A DNA stretch of 59,016 nt from Thermoplasmata archaeon. GTDB lineage: Archaea; Thermoplasmatota; Thermoplasmata; RBG-16-68-12; JAFNFQ01. Below are positions 48,051 through 57,000 of this stretch, one piece after another. The position numbers were made by a program, and so were the translations under genes. The notes under the pieces were generated by a model. The model was not told the DNA's origin, did not search any database, and saw only the letters and a list, made by a program, of their open reading frames with translations. The number at the start of each line of letters is the position of its first letter. Position 1 is the stretch's first letter. The stretch is taken from NCBI GenBank assembly GCA_041489255.1, contig JBGPQV010000019.1, positions 1 through 59,016 of the forward strand, given 5' to 3'.

Positions 48051-48465
48051 CCTTGGTGGATTCCCCCGCCGGGCCAGCGAATTGTGGATCCCTTTCCACA
48101 AGTCTATAGGTGAAGCGGATATCGCCAAGGGAATAGTTTCTCAAGGCCGTGACTGTCTTGAGGGCGATCGCGTGAGCCAGGCGCGTGAGCCAGTTCAGGA
48201 AGGACTCGTTGCTAGAATGCGCACGGCACAGGGGGAAACGAGCGATGTCGTAGACATCTTCAGCCCCATCGCTGACTCGGATCACGAAGTCCGCGGCGAC
48301 CTCTTTCGAGCGTGATCCGTTCTCTCTTCCGTTCCAGGCGCACAGGCTAGACCCAAACTGCTCGATCTCATATGATAGACTTCCGTTCGAAGACACCTCA
48401 ACACCTCCAGACGCTCACTTATTCCTCGATTCAGATTCCCCACCGGTCTTTCGACCGTCATCTCG

Positions 48466-48506
48466 AAAAAAAAGTGGGAGCGGGCGGCACTGTACCGCCA
48501 GCTCCC
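48466..48506 (-). terminator. Hairpin + U-tract terminator
   Basis: Minus strand: GGGAGCtGGCGG-tacagtg-CCGCCcGCTCCC-ac-T8. Confidence 0.75.
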
Positions 48507-48517
48507 TTCAGGCGAAA

Positions 48518-49117
48518 TCATTCCGGGCCAGCCTCCACTTCTAGGCCCGGAGTGATGTCAAGGACCACCCTCAATCCAAGTCCCCTGCTCGTGAGCACGG
48601 ACGGCCAGTCCGTCTCCCGCAAGTCGCTGACAGTGAGCACGGTCTCTTTCCGCGCGCCCCTCTTCAGCAAGAACGTGTACGGGGTGTCTGAAGGAGTGAG
48701 GGCTATCTCGCCCTCGACCTCCTCCAGACTGTCCGCAAAGAGCGTCTTGCTGTTCCTGCGGACAACGAGCATTCCCTCCTCAACAGGCAGGCCGTCACCG
48801 GTCCTCCAGTGGATGATCAACGGGAATTCCGGCTTGTGATGGTTCTTCACCGCCCGCATGAATCTCGACATGAACAGGTTGTAGCCGGAGATGCCGACGG
48901 CAATCCGTTCGTAGAAATGCTGCTGGTAGTCGTCCAACGCCTGCCAAGACTTAGCGGCCCTGCGGAAATCATGGCGCACCTTGGTCTGGCGCTCGGTCTT
49001 CGGATCACTCGGCTTGGCGTATGCCCTGATGTACTGGATCCCCTTCCAGGACGAAGCGACGATGCTCTTCCCGATTGCCCCGGAGAATACCATGCCAAAT
49101 GCGTTTGTCACCTTCAT
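48518..49117 (-). CDS. DUF6266-like basic protein, copy 2
   Basis: FGMVFSGAIGK...WKGIQYIR...PSDPKTERQTKVRHDF...WQAL...SGYNLF. Clear paralog of 49194..49799. The family name is recalled from the motif only. Confidence 0.8.
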   Translation of the reverse strand: MKVTNAFGMVFSGAIGKSIVASSWKGIQYIRAYAKPSDPKTERQTKVRHDFRRAAKSWQALDDYQQHFYERIAVGISGYNLFMSRFMRAVKNHHKPEFPLIIHWRTGDGLPVEEGMLVVRRNSKTLFADSLEEVEGEIALTPSDTPYTFLLKRGARKETVLTVSDLRETDWPSVLTSRGLGLRVVLDITPGLEVEAGPE

Positions 49118-49143
49118 GTTGATCCCTCGACCCTTCTTCTCCC

Positions 49144-49181
49144 AAAAAAGTCGGGGGCGGGCGCTGCAAGGACCCGCCCCC
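49144..49181 (-). terminator. Hairpin + U-tract terminator
   Basis: Minus strand: GGGGGCGGG-tccttgcagcg-CCCGCCCCC-gac-TTTTTT. Confidence 0.75.
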
Positions 49182-49193
49182 TGGGGTGCATGC

Positions 49194-49799
49194 CTAGGCC
49201 CCGACAGGCGTCGGCTCGCGCGACGGGGCTTGCACGTCGGCTACCAGTTTGATGCCGAGCTTCTTGCTCTCGAGGGTCATCGGCACGTTGGTGTTGCCCA
49301 GGTCTCTGATCGTCAGCACGACGTCCTCCTCGGTGCCCTTGCGGAGCACGAAGGTGTACGGCGCGTCCGACGGGGTCAGGGCGACCTCGCCCTTCGCGTC
49401 CTTGAGGCTGTCGTTGAAGACAGCCCTGTCGCCCTGCAGGACGATCAGCTTCCCGTTCGTCACCGGCTTCCCGTCCTCCGTCCTCCACTGCATCGGGATC
49501 GGGACCTCTGGAACCAGTTCGTTCTCGAGCGCCGGTATGGTGCGCTTGACGAACAGGTTGAACCCGGTCATCCCGTTAGCGATGCGGTTGTAGAACGCCT
49601 GCTGCGTGCCAGAGAGCCCCTGCCAGGTCTTCACGGCGCTGCTGAAGAGCTCCCTGTGGGCCCTCTGGGCCTCGGTCTTCGGGTTCGACGGCTTCACGTA
49701 GGGGCGGATGTACTCGTGCCCCTTCCATGTGCCGGCGACCATCTTCCTGCCCACACGACCACTGAAGGTCGTTCCGAATATGTTCGATATCTTTGCCAT
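49194..49799 (-). CDS. DUF6266-like basic protein, copy 1
   Basis: Start set at MAKISNIFG (ATG 49799) by alignment with copy 2. FSGRVG...WKGHEYIR...PSNPKTEAQRAHRELF...WQGL...TGFNLF. Shares GEVALTPSDAPYTF with copy 2. Confidence 0.82.
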   Translation of the reverse strand: MAKISNIFGTTFSGRVGRKMVAGTWKGHEYIRPYVKPSNPKTEAQRAHRELFSSAVKTWQGLSGTQQAFYNRIANGMTGFNLFVKRTIPALENELVPEVPIPMQWRTEDGKPVTNGKLIVLQGDRAVFNDSLKDAKGEVALTPSDAPYTFVLRKGTEEDVVLTIRDLGNTNVPMTLESKKLGIKLVADVQAPSREPTPVGA

Positions 49800-49895
49800 C
49801 TTTTTTTCCCTCTGCATCCCTCCACGAGGGACGCGACCCTGAATGTACGGAGGGGGTATATGATGAACTTGGAGCGACTTTTTGACAAGTTGCGG

Positions 49896-49919
49896 ATTTC
49901 GCACCTTCTTGTGCGAAAT
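49896..49919. promoter_or_regulatory. Perfect 9-bp inverted repeat (operator-like)
   Basis: ATTTCGCAC-cttctt-GTGCGAAAT, about 100 nt upstream of the 49799 start. Confidence 0.55.
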
Positions 49920-50048
49920 TCGAAATGGAAGACAGAGAATTGTCAGACGATTGAATGGCAGGTCAGGCGAATCCATCCGGGACAGGGGGCGCCCATCGGT
50001 CAAGGGCCGGGGACGCGGGTATCGGTGTGGACAACCGGGCCGTTCGGA

Positions 50049-50110
50049 GTAGAGTGAAAGTAGAGTGAAAGCAGAGGAAAAGCAGAGGAAAAGCAGAGCA
50101 TAAGCAGACC
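50049..50110. repeat. 11-bp tandem repeat array (about 5.5 copies)
   Basis: gtagagtgaaa gtagagtgaaa gcagaggaaaa gcagaggaaaa gcagagcataa gcagacc. Confidence 0.85.
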
Positions 50111-50300
50111 ATCTCTCCATATGGGCATGTGCGTTTGTTCGGAGCATCCAAGCGGCCATAAGCCGTGATTGTCCTCATGGCCGAAGAAGCGGTCGGCATT
50201 CTCATCTGTTGTGGAAGGCGGCTTGCGTGGACCTCCTTCAGACAATCCCTATCTGCCAATCACAGAAGACCAGAGTCTGGGCGTGGCTCTGCAGTCATCG

Positions 50301-50346
50301 AATAAAAGGGAAGATGCCCCGGAGCGGATCGCTCCTGCACCGGGGC
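50301..50346 (-). terminator. Hairpin + U-rich terminator
   Basis: Minus strand: GCCCCGG...GGAGCG-atc-CGCTCC-GGGGC followed by atcttcccttttatt, just after the stop at 50362. Confidence 0.6.
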
Positions 50347-50361
50347 TTTGGCCTGAGCCTA

Positions 50362-52767
50362 CTAGATCTGGAAGTTCACATAGACGAATGTGTTCGCCTT
50401 GACGAGCACGTTCTTCGACAGCTTTTGTTCCGGCAGCATGACAGTATAGTAAGCCGACTTTCCTGTGTGCTTCCAAACGAAGGAGTAGTAGCCGTCGCTA
50501 TCTGTGTAAACTGTCCCGATCAGGACTTTCTTTGGATTGTAGATTTCGACCTTGACGTCCGCGATTCCGTCGAGGGTGACCTTGTTGGTGATCAGTCCTG
50601 CGATGCCAGGGTCGTGCTTGAACACGTTCTGGTTTTGGATCGCCTGGGTGTCGTCCCACGGTGGTGTGCCGGCGAGGGCGCTGACACTGAAGGAATAGTC
50701 GGTCTGGTCACATATCGTCAGTGTTGTCAAAGGATCCCATGGAGCTGGACCTGTCGCGTAGTTGCTAGTAATTGGGCATGATCCGCCGAGAATGTGCTTG
50801 GTCCATCCGCCGGAGGCCTTGAGACCGTATTCCAGGTGCATGTTCAGATAGACGAATGTCCCGGGGTTCGGGTTCGTGAACGTGACCATCAACGTGGCGA
50901 AGCCTCCGAAGTCCTTTGGTGTGAAGGAGTCCAGCACGATTGCTTGGGTGCTCGAGTAGATCTCGGTTCCGGGTATGAGGCATGTGAAACCGTTGACTGT
51001 CTTGTATTCGACGGAGCTGTAGGCGTGTATGGGCCTCGCTCCATGGGTCACGAACGGGAATGGCACATTAATGTACAGAATTACCGTTCCTGGCGCGCCG
51101 CTGTAGAACACATTATAATAGAACTGGCCCGGGTTGGTTGTGGTGACCTTGTAGTAAGGCTGGTTGGACGGATCCGGGGTGAAGAGCAGCCTGAACTGAC
51201 TGTCCTCGAGATCTGGATCGCGGTCGAATGTGCACAAAGAGGTGTCCGTGACCATGCCGGTTGGAATATCGGTGCGAACATTCACGAACGTGCATTCCAC
51301 GTAGCCTCCATCTGGCACTTCGAAGGCCAGGTTCGGCCATGACACGCCGTACGAGTCAACGCAATCCACGCTCTGCAGTGCCCAGTTCGCAATCGGATTC
51401 TCCGTCACGCTGTAGATGAGATCCGTATTGATGCCGGGGAAATTCTCTGTCCCCGTCCCATCGACCGTGGCTATCGAGAAGCTGGGCGGGAAGCCGTCGC
51501 CACCGGATGTGCTGAAGGTGAACCTATCGTCGCCACCCACCGCATTCTTCGTGATGATTATCTCTCCAACATGCGGGATTTCGAAGATCCATGTGTTTAT
51601 GACAGTGCAGTACTTGATATCGCCTTGGGCTATGGTCCCGCTGCAGTCACCGTCGTAGCTAAGAGTATATCCTCTTGAATCTGACTCGATGACTTCATAG
51701 TCGCCAAGATCCAGTGCGACAGATGTTCCGGGTGATTCGGCGCCTTGGAATGATGAGGGGCTCGGGTTCTGACCCGTGACTGTGATTGTGAAATCTGACG
51801 GGTTGGGGTAGGGGCCGCCGCCGACCACCTTCTTGATGACTATCAGCTCGCCTGGAGCGACAGCGCATGACCACAAGTCTCGATAAGTGGATCCATATTC
51901 GATGCTCTCGACAACCATACGCAAGGCAACGTCGTTGGTGGGAATGCTCGAGGCTCCTTGGCCAGCACCCCATCCACCATTGGAATCCGACTCTGACGAG
52001 GCGAGGTGTGCCGTCCATCCCAGCATTACGCTGCAATCATTGTCACACCCCCCACTCACTTCGAACGTGAGCGAGAAACTCCGTGAACTATCGCCAGAAG
52101 CCACTCCACTCTGCATCACTTCGGTATCCATCGAAACCCACGCGAATGTCGTTCCGCTCCCTTCCCAAGCTGTCATCAAGCGGCTGCCCGTGATGTCGTC
52201 CAAATGACCCGGGGTGAATCCTGAATCCGTGAATGTGTAGAGGTTACCGCCGTTGGGTAGCGGTGGAACATCGCTGCCTGGGCTGCCGGGGCTCGCCACA
52301 TCCCCCGGCATCTCCCAAGATGAATCTTTTGGATTGCCGTAGGTACATGCCACCAGAGGTGAATCCGCGCATGGGTCCGCCTTTTGGGTCAGGTCATAGC
52401 GAGTCAATCTGTCGGTTGCAAACCTGCCACCAATGGTGAAATCATATGTGATTGTAAGGGTGTGTTCTCCTTCGCCGAGACCCGCAATCGCAAAGCGATA
52501 AGGTACACCGTCACCCTCTCTGTATCTGGAGTTCCATACGTTGGGGTCAATCCCATCGGGCAACCAGTTTGGAGCCGAACTAATCTCACCGCATTCCTCG
52601 CCGAGATTATCCAGTGAGCCATTCGCGCATACTTGCAGACTCTGCTCACCGGGATCAGCTCGCACGGCTGGAGTAAACATCGTCATTGTGAGGATGAAAC
52701 CGATTGCTGCGACGATTCCCACTCCGAGCCTTCTCGCTCTGTTCAATCTTTCTGAGTCGTTACTCAT
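50362..52767 (-). CDS. Secreted protein with two SpaA/prealbumin-fold (CnaB-like) domains and a C-terminal carboxypeptidase-regulatory-like domain
   Basis: Signal peptide (AVRA/DP). LIVIKKVVGG...YEVIES...CTVIN and IIITKNAVGG...YSVTE...CTFVN. C-terminal GIADVKVEIY...TDSDGYYSF. Confidence 0.8.
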   Translation of the reverse strand: MSNDSERLNRARRLGVGIVAAIGFILTMTMFTPAVRADPGEQSLQVCANGSLDNLGEECGEISSAPNWLPDGIDPNVWNSRYREGDGVPYRFAIAGLGEGEHTLTITYDFTIGGRFATDRLTRYDLTQKADPCADSPLVACTYGNPKDSSWEMPGDVASPGSPGSDVPPLPNGGNLYTFTDSGFTPGHLDDITGSRLMTAWEGSGTTFAWVSMDTEVMQSGVASGDSSRSFSLTFEVSGGCDNDCSVMLGWTAHLASSESDSNGGWGAGQGASSIPTNDVALRMVVESIEYGSTYRDLWSCAVAPGELIVIKKVVGGGPYPNPSDFTITVTGQNPSPSSFQGAESPGTSVALDLGDYEVIESDSRGYTLSYDGDCSGTIAQGDIKYCTVINTWIFEIPHVGEIIITKNAVGGDDRFTFSTSGGDGFPPSFSIATVDGTGTENFPGINTDLIYSVTENPIANWALQSVDCVDSYGVSWPNLAFEVPDGGYVECTFVNVRTDIPTGMVTDTSLCTFDRDPDLEDSQFRLLFTPDPSNQPYYKVTTTNPGQFYYNVFYSGAPGTVILYINVPFPFVTHGARPIHAYSSVEYKTVNGFTCLIPGTEIYSSTQAIVLDSFTPKDFGGFATLMVTFTNPNPGTFVYLNMHLEYGLKASGGWTKHILGGSCPITSNYATGPAPWDPLTTLTICDQTDYSFSVSALAGTPPWDDTQAIQNQNVFKHDPGIAGLITNKVTLDGIADVKVEIYNPKKVLIGTVYTDSDGYYSFVWKHTGKSAYYTVMLPEQKLSKNVLVKANTFVYVNFQI

Positions 52768-54040
52768 CTTATTTCCTCCCGCTACTCTTGCCCCGAGAAT
52801 TCAGTGAGTAACGTGCCTAATATGCATGAAGAATGATGATTGCTGAAATCAGTCAGTCCGGATCAGGAATGTAACCCTGCTCCGCATCCTTCATGTTTCT
52901 CAGGCCAGTCCTCCTCCCCTACTATCTCAGGCCAGTAGCCAATAGCGTATCTGATATATAATTTTAAGGGAAGCCCAAACTCCCTCGATATTGTTATCGT
53001 TTCTGAGAATGGCATTCATCCCGAGTCCAGCTCGTTGGATGACCGATCAAACCGTATCGCCTTCTCGGGCATCACTATGAAAAAACGCGCTTTCTCCCTT
53101 GGCATCCTTCGTTTTGTCATTAAGTGTCTGCTGGATTCCATGGCGGATGATGAGAGCTTGACTCTCACCTGAGAAACGGGAGGCGAAGTGCTCTCGCGAG
53201 CGGGACAGTGTTAAAGAGAGTAGTTGACTGAGTCTGCACCCGGACTCATGAGATTCGCACCGTTCCCTTGCTGATAGCGTTCCCGACGAGCTTCGAGAAT
53301 GGCGGTGCAGGTTGGGGCTGCCAAGCGATTCACTCTTTGGATCACGGGCCTTGGTCAATGATTCTGCCGCCGGTTCGGAGAGCATTGGATTCCTGATCAA
53401 GTCAAGACCAAGGAAGTGAAAGGCAGGAGAAACGAGAGGGGCGCATGCGCGCCTTCTCGGGTGTCAAAGATGTCGCGGGGGTCATCCTGAAACCGGGCGA
53501 GTTGTGATCCGCAGATGATGCATCATGGAGTATTCGTTCATGACCGGGTTTTCGGATTCCAGATTGGCTGGATTGAGTCAGACTGGAGAAGCTTGCTCTT
53601 AATGTCAAGGGATAGACTCAAATGCGCTTCAATGAATATTGAGGTTACCAGTCGGCGGGGAGCAGACTGGGGGGAAGCACTGTATTGAGGGGGGTGTTCT
53701 TCTTCGAAGCAGGCGCTCGCATGATAGCGCTCTTGGCTTCATCATGAGTCTGGTTCTTCGAAAGGCAATTCCTGAGATTGAGACGCAAGGGCAGGCTGGT
53801 TCGGCCTGAGAAGCGTGACCGGCCTGCTCGTATGTACCACATGGAACACGATGCGATGATTGACAATAGTAGCTTGATTGGCTAAATATGGGCTTGAAAG
53901 AGCATTGACGAGCGGCAAGGTGAGGCCGGGCTCGGTGGATTCCTGGCTCCGGCTTGGGGTTAGGGCGGGATAGAAGGCTTGGAATGGGGGTCGGAGATTG
54001 AACGCGCGGAATGGAATGTCCGTGATGTGTGGCAGGATGG

Positions 54041-57000
54041 TCAGCTCAGGGTCCCTTCCAAAGCGTTTGCCGCCATTGCCTTCATGAAGAAGGAGTTCAT
54101 TGACGTACTTGAGCGATGATCGTGGCCCATTATCCTTCCATGGTCGACTTGTCCGCTTACCCAAGCCGATTCGTCAGGATAGTCGAACGCGATCCTCGTT
54201 TGCTCGCTGTTTGTATTGACGACCGAGGAGCCTGCAGTGTAAGCTGCGTTCTGATAACCACTGTCAGGACTGGAAGGGTCCGGTGGAGCGTCGGAAGAGC
54301 TGTATATGATGTTCACCATGAGGCATGATGACCAGCCGGAGATGTCCCCGAAGGAATCCATCGCGATTGTCTTGATACAGTAAGTGCCTGCAATTGTCCA
54401 GTTGTGCGAGAGATGTGCGTTAGTTCCAGAAGGCATCCATGATGACTGCGACTGGGAACCGTCACCCCAGTCGAACTTGATCATGACCCAATCGTTGTCT
54501 GGATCGGATGCGCTTGAGTTGTACGCGTATGAAGTATTGGCGTATCCGGATTCGGGTCCAGTCGGCATCGATGGAGTGTTCGGGGGACGATTTCGAATAT
54601 CTACAGGGCAGTCACTCCAGTCAGACTGTGCGCCCACGATATCCGTCGCCCGCGCCTTGACGCAGAACGTTCCGGTGCCCGTCCACGCGTGAGACATCTG
54701 GACGTTGGCTCCCGGATCGACCCACTCGCTGTCATCCGTTTGGCCGTCGCCCCAATCGAACGTGAGCTTGATCATGTCGTCGTCCGGATCGGTCGCGCTG
54801 CTGTTGAACGCGTAGCTGACATTGTGATAGCCAGACGACGGCCCTGTCGGCATGGACGGTATGTCCGGCTTTCGATTCGTTATCGTGATCATGTGGCAGG
54901 ATGACCAGTTCGATGTCGCCCCGAGTATGTCTGTCGCTATGGCCTTCACGCAGTACGTGCCCGCCGATGACCAACTGTGGGAATGGCTTACAATCGCTCC
55001 TGAGTCGACGAACCCAGATTCCCAGGTCGACCCGTCTCCATAGTCGAACTTGATCTTGACTTGGTTGTTGTCCGGGTCTGTCGCCGATGAGTTGAACCCG
55101 TACGGTTTCATCCTGTAACCTGAGTCAGGCCCCGATGGGGTGTTGGCATTCCCAGGTGGACGATTCGTGATGTCTATCGTGAGGCACGCGCTCCATCCAG
55201 AGGAGGCTCCGAGCGCGTCCGTCGCCTTCGCTTTTTCACAGAATGAACCAACCGATGCAAAGCTGTGGGCGTGGCTGATGTTCGATTCCGGGTTCACGAA
55301 GCCAGACTCCCATGTGGATCCGTCTCCATAGTCGAATTTGACCTTGACTCGGTTATCATCCGGATCGTCTGCGCTTGAGTTGAACGTGTATGATGTGTTT
55401 TGATAGCCCGAGGTGGGTCCTATCGGAACGGAAGGCGTGTCCGGGGGACGGTTGGCTATCGTGAGATCTCGACATGCAGACCAGCCGGATGTTCCATTCG
55501 TTGTGTCCGTGGCCATGGCCTTTATGCAGAAAGTCCCCACTGACGACCATGAATGCGAGTGACTGACGTTTGTCCCGGAATCGACGAATCCCGATTCCCA
55601 TTGATTGCCGTCACCGTAGCTGACGGTGATTTTGACCTGGTCGTTGTCTGGGTCGGTCGCGCTCGAGTTGTAGGTGTATGAGGTATTCTGATATCCACTA
55701 GTAGGGCCGCTTGGGACGGAGGGCGTGTTCGGCAGCTGGTTGCCGATGCTAATGTCATGACATGAGGACCAGGCTGAGGCGACACCATAGGAGTCCATCG
55801 CCATGGTCTTGACGCAGTAGGAGCCGGTGTTCGCCCAGGAGTGCACCTTCTGGAGGCCAGTTCCAGAGGGCGCCAGATTGGTCCACGTGTTGCTCCCGTC
55901 GCCCCAAGAGAAGTTGAGCTTGACCCAGTCATTGTCAGGATCGGTGCCTGAGCTATTGAAGTCGTAGGTGACGTTCCTGTATCCTGAAGTCGGACCGCTT
56001 GGAGTCGAGGATGTATTCGGGGCGCGATTCTCTAGCTCGATGTAGTGACATGATGACCACCCAGACTGCCCGCCAAGGATGTCCGTGGCTCTGGTCTTGA
56101 CGCACATTGTGCCCGTTGAACTCCAAGAGTGCCAAAGCTGCACATTAGTCCCCGAATCGACGAAAGAGGAATCGCTTGTCGCCGAGTCTCCCCAGTCGAA
56201 TCTCAGTCTCACCTTGTTATTGTCAGGGTCCGTTGCACTGCTGTTGAATCCGTAAGAGACGTTGTGGTAGCCTGCAGATGGGCCTGTCGGCGTGGATGGG
56301 GTCTCCGGATTGCGGTTGGCAATCGTCACTGTAAGGCATGCAGACCACCCCGACGTGGCTCCATGTTCATCCCTCGCCTTGACCTTGACGCAGAAAGAGC
56401 CCGTCTGGTTCCAAATGTGATCATGGCTCACTGTCTCCCCCGATGGTACGTAGCCAGACTCCCATTGTGTTGCGTCCCCGTAGTCGAACTTGATTTTCAC
56501 ATCATCATTATCGGGGTCTGTCGCGCTGGAGGCATACGAATAAGTCGTATTCTGATAACCCGAAGCTGGACCCGAGGGGACTGAAGGCGTGTCTGGAGGT
56601 TGATTGAAAAGCTCCTCGGAACCCCAAGAGCCTTGAGCAGGTTCAGAGGTCACATACTTGCGGACGAGAACCCAATCGACATCCACAGCCTCGGACGATT
56701 GCTGACTCTGAATCACCACTTTCTGCCCCGCATTGGAGAAAGAGGTGGCATTCTTCTCCTTGACGGAGTCAACCCATGCCGTGTAGCCACTGCTTGCCTT
56801 TAGGAAGGTCCGTGCGTCAACCCATGTGTTCCTGACATATACCGAGTTATAGTAGCCCTCGGCCCCGTTGACACATTCCCGCCATTGGGAATTTGGCGAG
56901 CCCCATGAACTCATATAGAAATAATAGCCATTTGCGTAATTCAACGGGAACGGTCCGTAACCAAACAAGGAATTGTGATTGCTGCCCGTGTTGGCTCGGC

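Noticed and set aside
48051-48396. 5' half of ORF 47716..48396 as part of a real gene
   Set aside because: Similarity to the paralogs begins only near 48050; the upstream part has no recognisable coding features.
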